64,000 nucleotides of DNA from the human T2T-CHM13v2.0 reference genome, Homo sapiens. Position numbers and translations under genes: made by a program. The DNA lies in assembly GCF_009914755.1 (NCBI RefSeq), contig NC_060929.1. One strand, written 5' to 3'. Below, one piece after another: positions 51,801 to 64,000 of the stretch; within the stretch, counting starts at the first letter, position 1; the number at the start of each line of letters is the position of its first letter. The notes under the pieces were generated by a model that saw only the letters and a list, made by a program, of their open reading frames with translations, made no database searches and was not told the origin of the DNA.

Positions 51801-54800
51801 TGTAAAGTCTGCACGTGGATATTTTGACCACTTAGAGGCCTTCGTTGGAAACGGGCTTTTTCCTGTAAGGCTAGACAGAAGAATTCCCAGTAAATTCCTT
51901 GTGTTGTGTACATTCAACTCACAGAGTTGAACGTTCCCTTAGACAGAGCAGATTTGAAACACTCTTTTTGTGCAATTGGCAAGTGGAGATTTCAAGCGCT
52001 TTAAGGTCAATGGCAGAAAAGGAAATATCTTCGTTTCAAAACTAGACAGAATCATTCCCACAAACTGCGTTGTGATGTGTTCGTTCATCTCACAGAGTTT
52101 AACCTTTCTTTTCATAGAGCAGTTAGGAAACACTATGTTTGTAAATTCTGTAAGTGGATATTCTGACATCTTGTGGCCTTCGTTGGAAACGGGATTTCTT
52201 CATATTCTGCTAGACAGAAGAATTCTCAGAATCTTCCTTGTGTTGTGTGTATTCAACTCACACAGTTGAACGATGGTTTACACAGAGCAGATTTGAAACA
52301 CTCTTTTTGTGGAATTTGCAAGTGGAGATTTCAGCCGCTTTGAGGTCAATGGTAGAAAAGGAAATATCTTCGTATAAAAACTAGACAGAATGATTCTCAG
52401 AAACTTCTTGGTGATGTGTGCGTTCAACTCACAGAGTTTAACCTTTCTTTTCATAGAGCAGTTAGGAAACACTCTGTTTGTAAACTCTGCAAGTGGATAT
52501 TCAGACCTCTTTGAGGCCTTCGTTGGAAACGGGATTTCTTCATACTGTGCTAGACAGAAGAATTCTCAGTAACTTCCTTGTGTTGTGTGTATTCAACTCA
52601 CAGAGTTGAACGATCCTTTACACAGAGCAGACTTGAAACACTCTTTTTGTGGAATTTGCAAGTGGAGATTTCAGCCGCGTTGAGGTCAATGGTAGAAAAG
52701 GAAATATCTTCGTATAAAAACTAGACAGAATGTTTCTCAGAAACTCCTTTGAGATGTGTGTGTTCAACTCACAGAGTTTAACCTTTCTTTTCATAGAGCA
52801 GTTAGGAATCACTCTGTTTGTAAAGTCTGCAAGTGGATATTCAGACCTCTTTGAGGCCTTCGTTGGAAACGGGTTTTTTTCATATAAGGCTAGACAGAAG
52901 AATTCCCAGTAACTTCCTTGTGTTGTGTGTGTTCAACTCACAGAGTTGAACTTTCATTTACACAGAGCAGATTTGAAACACTCTTTTTGTGGAATTTGCA
53001 GGTGGAGATTTCAAGCGCTTTGAGGCCAAAGGCAGAAAAAGAAATATCTTCGTATAAAAACTAGACAGAATCATTCTCAGAAACTGCTCTGCGATGTGTG
53101 CGTTCAACTCTCAGAGTTTAACTTTTCTTTTCATTCAGCAGTTTGGAAACACTCTGTTTGTAAAGTCTGCACGTGGATAATTTGACCACTTAGAGGCCTT
53201 CGTTGGAAACGGGTTTTTTTCATGTAAGGCTAGACAGAAGAATTCTCAGTAACTTCCTTGTGTTGTGTGTATTCAACTCACACAGTTGAACGATCCTTTA
53301 CACAGAGCAGACTTGTAACACTCTTTTTGTGGAATTTGCAAGTGGAGATTTCAGCCGCTTTGAAGTCAAAGGTAGAAAAGGAAATATCTTCCTATAAAAA
53401 CTAGACAGAATGATTCTCAGAAACTCCTTTGTGATGTGTGCGTTCAACTCACAGAGTTTAACCTTTCTTTTCATAGAGCAGTTAGGAAACACTCTGCTTG
53501 TAAAGTCTGCAAGTGGATATTCAGCCCTCTTTGAGGCCTTCGTTGGAAACGGGTTTTTTTCATATAAGGCTAGACAGAAGAATTCCCAGTAACTTCCTTG
53601 TGTTGTGTGTGTTCAACTCACAGAGTTGAACTTTGATTTACACAGAGCAGATTTGAAACACTCTTTTTGTGGAATTTGCAAGTGGAGATTTCAAGCGCTT
53701 TGAGGCCAAAGGCAGAAAAGGAAATATCTTCGTATAAAAACTAGACAGAATCATTCTCAGAAACTGCTCTGCGATGTGTGCGTTCAACTCTCAGAGTTTA
53801 ACTTTTCTTTTCATTCAGCAGTTTGGAAACACTCTGTTTGTAAAGTCTGCACGTGGATATTTTGACCACTTAGAGGCCTTCGTTGGAAACGGGTTTTTTT
53901 CCTGTAAGGCTAGACAGAAGAATTCCCAGTAACTTCCTTGTGTTGTGTACATTCAACTCACAGAGTTGAACGTTCCCTTAGACAGAGCAGATTTGAAACA
54001 CTCTTTTTGTGCAATTGGCAAGTGGAGATTTCAAGCGCTTTAAGGTCAATGGCAGAAAAGGAAATATCTTCGTTTCAAAACTAGACAGAATCATTCCCAC
54101 AAACTGCGTTGTGATGTGTTCGTTCAACTCACAGAGTTTAACCTTTCTTTTCATAGAGCAGTTAGGAAACACTCTGTTTGTAAATTCTGTAAGTGGATAT
54201 TCTGACATCTTGTGGCCTTCGTTGGAAACGGGATTTCTTCATATTCTGCTAGACAGAAGAATTCTCAGAATCTTCCTTGTGTTGTGTGTATTCAACTCAC
54301 ACAGTTGAACGATGGTTTACACAGAGCAGATTTGAAACACTCTTTTTGTGGAATTTGCAAGTGGAGATTTCAGCCGCTTTGAGGTCAATGGTAGAAAAGG
54401 AAATATCTTCGTATAAAAACTAGACAGAATGATTCTCAGAAACTTCTTTGTGATGTGTGCGTTCAACTCACAGAGTTTAACCTTTCTTTTCATAGAGCAG
54501 TTAGGAAACACTCTGTTTGTAAACTCTGCAAGTGGATATTCAGACCTCTTTGAGGCCTTCGTTGGAAACGGGATTTCTTCATACTGTGCTAGACAGAAGA
54601 ATTCTCAGTAACTTCCTTGTGTTGTGTGTATTCAACTCACAGAGTTGAAAGATCCTTTACACAGAGCAGACTTGAAACACTCTTTTTGTGGAATTTGCAA
54701 GTGGAGATTTCAGCCGCGTTGAGGTCAATGGTAGAAAAGGAAATTTCTTCGTATAAAAACTAGACAGAATGATTCTCAGAAACTCCTTTGAGATGTGTGT

Positions 54801-56016
54801 GTTCAACTCACAGAGTTTAACCTTTCTTTTCATAGAGCAGTTAGGAATCACTCTGTTTGTAAAGTCTGCAAGTGGATATTCAGACCTCTTTGAGGCCTTC
54901 GTTGGAAACGGGTTTTTTTCACATAAGGCTAGACAGAAGAATTCCCAGTAACTTCCTTGTGTTGTGTGTGTTCAACTCACAGAGTTGAACTTTCATTTAC
55001 ACAGAGCAGATTTGAAACACTCTTTTTGTGGAATTTGCAAATGGAGATTTCAAGCGCTTTGAGGCCAAAGGCAGAAAAGGAAATATCTTCGTATAAAAAC
55101 TAGACAGAATCATTCTCAGAAACTGCTCTGCGATGTGTGCGTTCAACTCTCAGAGTTTAACTTTGCTTTTCATTCAGCAGTTTGGAAACACTCTGTTTGT
55201 AAAGTCTGCACGTGGATAATTTGACCACTTAGAGGCCTTCGTTGGAAACGGGTTTTTTTCATGTAAGGCTAGACAGAAGAATTCTCAGTAACTTCCTTGT
55301 GTTGTGTGTATTCAACTCACACAGTTGAACGATCCTTTACACAGAGCAGACTTGTAACACTCTTTTTGTGGAATTTGCAAGTGGAGATTTCAGCCGCTTT
55401 GAAGTCAAATGTAGAAAAGGAAATATCTTCCTATAAAAACTAGACAGAATGATTCTCAGAAACTCCTTTGTGATGTGTGCGTTCAACTCACAGAGTTTAA
55501 CCTTTCTTTTCATAGAGCAGTTAGGAAACACTCTGTTTGTAAAGTCTGCAAGTGGATATTCAGACCTCTTTGAGGCCTTCGTTGGAAACGGGTTTTTTTC
55601 ATATAAGGCTAGACAGAAGAATTCCCAGTAACTTCCTTGTGTTGTGTGTGTTCAACTCACAGAGTTGAACTTTCATTTACACAGAGCAGATTTGAAACAC
55701 TCTTTTTGTGGAATTTGCAAGTGGAGATTTCAAGCGCTTTGAGGCCAAAGGCAGAAAAGGAAATATCTTCGTATAAAAACTAGACAGAATCATTCTCAGA
55801 AACTGCTCTGCGATGTGTGCGTTCAACTCTCAGAGTTTAACTTTTCTTTTCATTCAGCAGTTTGGAAACACTCTGTTTGTAAAGTCTGCACGTGGATATT
55901 TTGACCACTTAGAGGCCTTCGTTGGAAACGGGTTTTTTTCCTGTAAGGCTAGACAGAAGAATTCCCAGTAACTTCCTTGTGTTGTGTACATTCAACTCAC
56001 AGAGTTGAACGTTCCC

Positions 56017-57034
56017 TTAGACAGAGCAGATTTGAAACACTCTTTTTGTGCAATTGGCAAGTGGAGATTTCAAGCGCTTTAAGGTCAATGGCAGAAAAGG
56101 AAATATCTTCGTTTCAAAACTAGACAGAATCATTCCCACAAACTGCGTTGTGATGTGTTCGTTCATCTCACAGAGTTTAACCTTTCTTTTCATAGAGCAG
56201 TTAGGAAACAGTCTGTTTGTAAATTCTGTAAGTGGATATTCTGACATCTTGTGGCCTTCGTTGGAAACGGGATTTCTTCATATTCTGCTAGACAGAAGAA
56301 TTCTCAGAATCTTCCTTGTGTTGTGTGTATTCAACTCACAGAGTTGAACGATGGTTTACACAGAGCAGATTTGAAACACTCTTTTTGTGGAATTTGCAAG
56401 TGGAGATTTCAGCCGCTTTGAGGTCAATGGTAGAAAAGGAAATATCTTCCTATAAAAACTAGACAGAATGATTGTCAGAAACTCCTTTGTGATGTGTGCG
56501 TTCAACTCACAGAGTTTAACCTTTCTTTTCATAGAGCAGTTAGGAAACACTCTGTTTGTAAAGTCTGCAAGTGGATATTCAGACCTCTTTGAGGCCTTCG
56601 TTGGAAACGGGTTTTTTTCATATAAGGCTAGACAGAAGAATTCCCAGTAACTTCCTTGTGTTGTGTGTGTTCAACTCACAGAGTTGAACTTTCATTTACA
56701 CAGAGCAGATTTGAAACACTCTTTTTGTGGAATTTGCAGGTGGAGATTTCAAGCGCTTTGAGGCCAAAGGCAGAAAAGGAAATATCTTCGTATAAAAACT
56801 AGACAGAATCATTCTCAGAAACTGCTCTGCGATGTGTGCGTTCAACTCTCAGAGTTTAACTTTTCTTTTCATTCAGCAGTTTGGAAACACTCTGTTTGTA
56901 AAGTCTGCACGTGGATATTTTGACCACTTAGAGGCCTTCGTTGGAAACGGGCTTTTTCCTGTAAGGCTAGACAGAAGAATTCCCAGTAAATTCCTTGTGT
57001 TGTGTACATTCAACTCACAGAGTTGAACGTTCCC
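56017..57034 (+). repeat. 6-monomer HOR variant (X-Y/V-W), 1018 bp
   Basis: X-to-X spacing 1018 bp = 3 dimers. Confidence 0.8.
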
Positions 57035-58733
57035 TTAGACAGAGCAGATTTGAAACACTCTTTTTGTGCAATTGGCAAGTGGAGATTTCAAGCGCTTTAA
57101 GGTCAATGGCAGAAAAGGAAATATCTTCGTTTCAAAACTAGACAGAATCATTCCCACAAACTGCGTTGTGATGTGTTCTTTCATCTCACAGAGTTTAACC
57201 TTTCTTTTCATAGAGCAGTTAGGAAACACTATGTTTGTAAATTCTGTAAGTGGATATTCTGACATCTTGTGGCCTTCGTTGGAAACGGGATTTCTTCATA
57301 TTCTGCTAGACAGAAGAATTCTCAGAATCTTCCTTGTGTTGTGTGTATTCAACTCACACAGTTGAACGATGGTTTACACAGAGCAGATTTGAAACACTCT
57401 TTTTGTGGAATTTGCAAGTGGAGATTTCAGCTGCTTTGAGGTCAATGGTAGAAAAGGAAATATCTTCGTATAAAAACTAGACAGAATGATTCTCAGAAAC
57501 TTCTTGGTGATGTGTGCGTTCAACTCACAGAGTTTAACCTTTCTTTTCATAGAGCAGTTAGGAAACACTCTGTTTGTAAAGTCTGCAAGTGGATATTCAG
57601 ACCTCTTTGAGGCCTTCGTTGGAAACGGGTTTTTTTCATATAAGGCTAGACAGAAGAATTCCCAGTAACTTCCTTGTGTTGTGTGTGTTCAACTCACAGA
57701 GTTGAACTTTCATTTACACAGAGCAGATTTGAAACACTCTTTTTGTGGAATTTGTAAATGGAGATTTCAAGCGCTTTGAGGCCAAAGGCAGAAAAGGAAA
57801 TATCTTCGTATAAAAACTAGACAGAATCATTCTCAGAAACTGCTCTGCGATGTGTGCGTTCAACTCTCAGAGTTTAACTTTGTTTTTCATTCAGCAGTTT
57901 GGAAACACTCTGTTTGTAAAGTCTGCACGTGGATAATTTGACCACTTAGAGGCCTTCGTTGGAAACGGGTTTTTTTCATGTAAGGCTAGACAGAAGAATT
58001 CTCAGTAACTTCCTTGTGTTGTGTTTATTCAACTCACAGAGTTGAACGATCCTTTACACAGAGCAGACTTGTAACACTCTTTTTGTGGAATTTGCAAGTG
58101 GAGATTTCAGCCGCTTTGAAGTCAAAGGTAGAAAAGGAAATATCTTCCTATAAAAACTAGACAGAATGATTCTCAGAAACTCCTTTGTGATGTGTGCGTT
58201 CAACTCACAGAGTTTAACCTTTCTTTTCATAGAGCAGTTAGGAAACACTCTGCTTGTAAAGTCTGCAAGTGGATATTCAGCCCTCTTTGAGGCCTTCGTT
58301 GGAAACGGGTTTTTTTCATATAAGGCTAGACAGAAGAATTCCCAGTAACTTCCTTGTGTTGTGTGTGTTCAACTCACAGAGTTGAACTTTGATTTACACA
58401 GAGCAGATTTGAAACACTCTTTTTGTGGAATTTGCAAGAGGAGATTTCAAGCGCTTTGAGGCCAAAGGCAGAAAAAGAAATATCTTCGTATAAAAACTAG
58501 ACAGAATCATTCTCAGAAACTGCTCTGCGATGTGTGCGTTCAACTCTCAGAGTTTAACTTTTCTTTTCATTCAGCAGTTTGGAAACACTCTGTTTGTAAA
58601 GTCTGCACGTGGATATTTTGACCACTTAGAGGCCTTCATTGGAAACGGGTTTTTTTCCTGTAAGGCTAGACAGAAGAATTCCCAGTAACTTCCTTGTGTT
58701 GTGTACATTCAACTCACAGAGTTGAACGTTCCC

Positions 58734-61112
58734 TTAGACAGAGCAGATTTGAAACACTCTTTTTGCGCAATTGGCAAGTGGAGATTTCAAGCGCTTTGAG
58801 GTCAATGGCAGAAAAGGAAATATCTTCGTTTCAAAACTAGACAGAATCACTCCCACAAACTGCGTTGTGATGTGTTCGTTCAACTCACAGAGTTTAACCT
58901 TTCTTTTCATAGAGCAGTTAGGAAACAGTCTGTTTGAAAATTCTGTAAGTGGATATTCTGACATCTTGTGGCCTTCGTTGGAAACGGGATTTCTTCATAT
59001 TCTGCTAGACAGAAGAATTCTCAGAATCTTCCTTGTGTTGTGTGTATTCAACTCACAGAGTTGAACGATCCTTTTCACAGAGCAGACTTGAAACACTCTT
59101 TTTGTGGAATTTGCAAGTGGAGATTTCAGCCGCGTTGAGGTCAATGGTAGAAAAGGAAATATCTTCGTATAAAAACTAGACAGAATGATTCTCAGAAACT
59201 CCTTTGAGATGTGTGTGTTCAACTCACAGAGTTTAACCTTTCTTTTCATAGAGCAGTTAGGAATCACTCTGTTTGTAAAGTCTGCAAGTGGATATTCAGA
59301 CCTCTTTGAGGCCTTCGTTGGAAACGGGTTTTTTTCATATAAGGCTAGACAGAAGAATTCCCAGTAACTTCCTTGTGTTGTGTGTGTTCAACTCACAGAG
59401 TTGAACTTTCATTTACACAGAGCAGATTTGAAACACTCTTTTTGTGGAATTTGCAAATGGAGATTTCAAGCGCTTTGAGGCCAAAGGCAGAAAAGGAAAT
59501 ATCTTCGTATAAAAACTAGACAGAATCATTCTCAGAAACTGCTCTGCGATGTGTGCGTTGAACTCTCAGAGTTTAACTTTTCTTTTCATTCAGCAGTTTG
59601 GAAACACTCTGTTTGTAATGTCTGCACGTGGATAATTTGACCACTTAGAGGCATTCGTTGGAAACGGGTTTTTTTCATGTAAGGCTAGACAGAAGAATTC
59701 TCAGTAACTTCCTTGTGTTGTGTGTATTCAACTCACAGAGTTGAACGAACCTTTACACAGAGCAGACTTGTAACACTCTTTTTGTGGAATTTGCAAGTGG
59801 AGATTTCAGCCGCTTTGAAGTCAAAGGTAGAAAAGGAAATATCTTCCTATAAAAACTAGACAGAATGATTCTCAGAAACTCCTTTGTGATGTGTGCGTTC
59901 AACTCACAGAGTTTAACCTTTCTTTTCATAGAGCAGTTAGGAAACACTCTGTTTGTAAAGTCTGCAAGTGGATATTCAGACCTCTTTGAGGCCTTCGTTG
60001 GAAACGGGTTTTTTTCATATAAGGCTAGACAGAAGAATTCCCAGTAACTTCCTTGTGTTGTGTGTGTTCAACTCACAGAGTTGAACTTTCATTTACACAG
60101 AGCAGATTTGAAACACTCTTTTTGTGGAATTTGCAAGTGGAGATTTCAAGCGCTTTGAGGCCAAAGGCAGAAAAGGAAATATCTTCGTATAAAAACTAGA
60201 CAGAATCATTCTCAGAAACTGCTCTGCGATGTGTGCGTTCAACTCTCAGAGTTTAACTTTGCTTTTCATTCAGCAGTTTGGAAACACTCTGTTTGTAAAG
60301 TCTGCACGTGGATAATTTGACCACTTAGAGGCCTTCGTTGGAAACGGGTTTTTTTCATGTAAGGCTAGACAGAAGAATTCTCAGTAACTTCCTTGTGTTG
60401 TGTGTATTCAACTCACAGAGTTGAACGATCCTTTACACAGAGCAGACTTGTAACACTCTTTTTGTGGAATTTGCAAGTGGAGATTTCAGCCGCTTTGAAG
60501 TCAAAGGTAGAAAAGGAAATATCTTCCTATAAAAACTAGACAGAATGATTCTCAGAAACTCCTTTGTGATGTGTGCGTTCAACTCACAGAGTTTAACCTT
60601 TCTTTTCATAGAGCAGTTAGGAAACACTCTGCTTGTAAAGTCTGCAAGTGGATATTCAGCCCTCTTTGAGGCCTTCGTTGGAAACGGGTTTTTTTCATAT
60701 AAGGCTAGACAGAAGAATTCCCAGTAACTTCCTTGTGTTGTGTGTGTTCAACTCACAGAGTTGAACTTTGATTTACACAGAGCAGATTTGAAACACTCTT
60801 TTTGTGGAATTTGCAAGTGGAGATTTCAAGCGCTTTGAGGCCAAAGGCAGAAAAGGAAATATCTTCGTATAAAAACTAGACAGAATCATTCTCAGAAACT
60901 GCTCTGCGATGTGTGCGTTCAACTCTCAGAGTTTAACTTTTCTTTTCATTCAGCAGTTTGGAAACACTCTGTTTGTAAAGTCTGCACGTGGATATTTTGA
61001 CCACTTAGAGGCCTTCGTTGGAAACGGGTTTTTTTCCTGTAAGGCTAGACAGAAGAATTCCCAGTAACTTCCTTGTGTTGTGTACATTCAACTCACAGAG
61101 TTGAACGTTCCC
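58734..61112 (+). repeat. 14-monomer HOR variant with diverged X and Y/Z fusion, 2379 bp
   Basis: X-to-X spacing 2379 bp = 7 dimers. The Y start (CAGAATCTTCC) runs directly into Z (CGATCC..GACTTGAAAC..GCCGCGTTG) near 59030-59070. Confidence 0.8.
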
Positions 61113-64000
61113 TTAGACAGAGCAGATTTGAAACACTCTTTTTGTGCAATTGGCAAGTGGAGATTTCAAGCGCTTTAAGGTCAATGGCAGAAAAGGAAAT
61201 ATCTTCGTTTCAAAACTAGACAGAATCATTCCCACAAACTGCGTTGTGATGTGTTCGTTCATCTCACAGAGTTTAACCTTTCTTTTCATAGAGCAGTTAG
61301 GAAACACTCTGTTTGTAAATTCTGTAAGTGGATATTCTGACATCTTGTGGCCTTCGTTGGAAACGGGATTTCTTCATATTCTGCTAGACAGAAGAATTCT
61401 CAGAATCTTCCTTGTGTTGTGTGTATTCAACTCACACAGTTGAACGATGGTTTACACAGAGCAGATTTGAAACACTCTTTTTGTGGAATTTGCAAGTGGA
61501 GATTTCAGCCGCTTTGAGGTCAATGGTAGAAAAGGAAATATCTTCGTATAAAAACTAGACAGAATGATTCTCAGAAACTTCTTTGTGATGTGTGCGTTCA
61601 ACTCACAGAGTTTAACCTTTCTTTTCATAGAGCAGTTAGGAAACACTCTGTTTGTAAACTCTGCAAGTGGATATTCAGACCTCTGTGAGGCCTTCGTTGG
61701 AAACGGGATTTCTTCATACTGTGCTAGACAGAAGAATTCTCAGTAACTTCCTTGTGTTGTGTGTATTCAACTCACAGAGTTGAACGATCCTTTACACAGA
61801 GCAGACTTGAAACACTCTTTTTGTGGAATTTGCAAGTGGAGATTTCAGCCGCGTTGAGGTCAATGGTAGAAAAGGAAATATCTTCGTATAAAAACTAGAC
61901 AGAATGATTCTCAGAAACTCCTTTGTGATGTGTGTGTTCAACTCACAGAGTTTAACCTTAGTTTTCATAGAGCAGTTAGGAATCACTCTGTTTGTAAAGT
62001 CTGCAAGTGGATATTCAGACCTCTTTGAGGCCTTCGTTGGAAACGGGTTTTTTTCATATAAGGCTAGACAGAAGAATTCCCAGTAACTTCCTTGTGTTGT
62101 GTGTGTTCAACTCACAGAGTTGAACTTTCATTTACACAGAGCAGATTTGAAACACTCTTTTTGTGGAATTTGCAAATGGAGATTTCAAGCGCTTTGAGGC
62201 CAAAGGCAGAAAAGGAAATATCTTCGTATAAAAACTAGACAGAATCATTCTCAGAAACTGCTCTGCGATGTGTGCGTTCAACTCTCAGAGTTTAACTTTT
62301 CTTTTCATTCAGCAGTTTGGAAACACTCTGTTTGTAAAGTCTGCACGTGGATAATTTGACCACTTAGAGGCCTTCGTTGGAAACGGGTTTTTTTCATGTA
62401 AGGCTAGACAGAAGAATTCTCAGTAACTTCCTTGTGTTGTGTGTATTCAACTCACACAGTTGAACGATCCTTTACACAGAGCAGACTTGTAACACTCTTT
62501 TTGTGGAATTTGCAAGTGGAGATTTCAGCCGCTTTGAAGTCAAATGTAGAAAAGGAAATATCTTCCTATAAAAACTAGACAGAATGATTCTCAGAAACTC
62601 CTTTGTGATGTGTGCGTTCAACTCACAGAGTTTAACCCTTCTTTTCATAGAGCAGTTAGGAAACACTCTGTTTGTAAAGTCTGCAAGTGGATATTCAGAC
62701 CTCTTTGAAGCCTTCGTTGGAAACGGGTTTTTTTCATATAAGGCTAGACAGAAGAATTCCCAGTAACTTCCTTGTGTTGTGTGTGTTCAACTCACAGAGT
62801 TGAACTTTCATTTACACAGAGCAGATTTGAAACACTCTTTTTGTGGAATTTGCAAGTGGAGATTTCAAGCGCTTTGAGGCCAAAGGCAGAAAAGGAAATA
62901 TCTTCGTATAAAAACTAGACAGAATCATTCTCAGAAACTGCTCTGTGATGTGTGCGTTCAACTCTCAGAGTTTAACTTTTCTTTTCATTCAGCAGTTTGG
63001 AAACACTCTGTTTGTAAAGTCTGCACGTGGATAATTTGACCACTTAGAGGCCTTCGTTGGAAACGGGTTTTTTTCATGTAAGGCTAGACAGAAGAGTTCT
63101 CAGTAACTTCCTTGTGTTGTGTGTATTCAACTCACACAGTTGAACGATCCTTTACACAGAGCAGACTTGTAACACTCTTTTTGTGGAATTTGCAAGTGGA
63201 GATTTCAGCCGCTTTGAAGTCAAAGTAGAAAAGGAAATATCTTCCTATAAAAACAAGACAGAATGATTCTCAGAAACTCCTTTGTGATGTGTGCGTTCAA
63301 CTCACAGAGTTTAACCTTTCTTTTCATAGAGCAGTTAGGAAACACTCTGTTTGTAAAGTCTGCAAGTGGATATTCAGACCTCTTTGAGGCCTTCGTTGGA
63401 AACGGGATTTTTTCATATAAGGCTAGACAGAAGAATTCCCAGTAACTTCCTTGTGTTGTGTGTGTTCAACTCACAGAGTTGAACTTTCATTTACACAGAG
63501 CAGATTTGAAACACTCTTTTTGTGGAATTTGCAGGTGGAGATTTCAAGCGCTTTGAGGCCAAAGGCAGAAAAGGAAATATCTTCGTATAAAAACTAGACA
63601 GAATCATTCTCAGAAACTGCTCTGCGATGTGTGCGTTCAACTCTCAGAGTTTAACTTTTCTTTTCATTCAGCAGTTTGGAAACACTCTGTTTGTAAAGTC
63701 TGCACGTGGATAACTTGACCACTTAGAGGCCTTCGTTGGAAACGGGTTTTTTTCATGTAAGGCTAGACAGAAGAATTCTCAGTAACTTCCTTGTGTTGTG
63801 TGTATTCAACTCACAGAGTTGAACGATCCTTTACACAGAGCAGACTTGTAACACTCTTTTTGTGGAATTTGCAAGTGGAGATTTCAGCCGCTTTGAAGTC
63901 AAAGGTAGAAAAGGAAATATCTTCCTATAAAAACTAGACAGAATGATTCTCAGAAACTCCTTTGTGATGTGTGCGTTCAACTCACAGAGTTTTACCTTTC
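61113..64000 (+). repeat. Long (probably 20-monomer) HOR variant truncated by the window end
   Basis: No further X dimer for >2.8 kb, and it shares rare variants with the unit at 329-3726. Confidence 0.75.

Larger units (their letters stand above)
1..64000 (+). repeat. Centromeric alpha-satellite higher-order repeat array, SF1 (J1/J2) dimer-based, D1Z7/D5Z2/D19Z3 (chr1/5/19)-like
   Basis: Tandem ~170-bp monomers in ~340-bp dimers throughout (ORF track recurs every 339-340 bp). Typical alphoid motifs: GAAACACTCTTTTTGTGGAATTTGCAAGTGGAGATTT, CTAGACAGAAGAATTCTCAG, TTCAACTCACAGAGTT. CENP-B box in alternate monomers and one GAATTC per dimer. Alphoid identity is certain; the 1/5/19 family assignment is from recall of the family's organisation and is less certain. 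Confidence 0.97.

Noticed and set aside
329-63445. Roughly 200 short ORFs (60-99 aa) on both strands, e.g. MQLASGDFKRF..., MSEYPLTEF..., MILRNSF...
   Set aside because: They are incidental open frames in the satellite, recurring with the 340-bp period. Many lack ATG, they overlap antisense, they are freely broken by indels, and they have no recognisable domain. Useful only as repeat-type markers.
1-64000. CRISPR-like or other prokaryotic repeat/defence system
   Set aside because: There are no unique spacers and no associated genes. The entire sequence is near-identical tandem alphoid repeat.
1-64000. Transposon (L1/Alu) insertion or strand inversion within the array
   Set aside because: I saw no non-alphoid sequence, poly-A tail or reversed CENP-B box. 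The 340-bp phase is continuous.
1-64000. Assignment to one specific chromosome or to the kinetochore (CDR) site
   Set aside because: The chr1/5/19 arrays share this family. Resolving it needs alignment to references and methylation/CENP-A data, which are not available here.

Overview
The whole 64 kb is an uninterrupted, single-orientation array of primate (human-type) centromeric alpha satellite. It is a ~340-bp A/B dimer (about 188 copies) with a 17-bp CENP-B box in every second ~170-bp monomer, a pJalpha-like box in the other monomer, and one EcoRI site per dimer. This fits the suprachromosomal family 1 (J1/J2) live array shared by chromosomes 1/5/19 (D1Z7/D5Z2/D19Z3); I cannot tell which chromosome from the sequence. 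I see no credible genes, transposon insertions or inversions; all listed ORFs are repeat-derived artefacts. I found no new gene-based system. What is interesting is the array architecture. Five recognisable dimer types, labelled here X, Y, Z, W and V, combine into higher-order repeats (HORs) of 6, 8, 10, 12, 14, 16 and 20 monomers following X-Y-Z-(W-V)n-W plus chimeric-dimer deletions. There are also nested larger duplications (~4.75 kb, a ~10.6-kb block at 12.9-kb offset, and a 20-mer recurring 60.8 kb apart), interleaved SNP/indel sub-lineages, a locally diverged patch at ~57-60 kb, and only two visibly broken CENP-B boxes. All variant calls were read by eye and need alignment confirmation.
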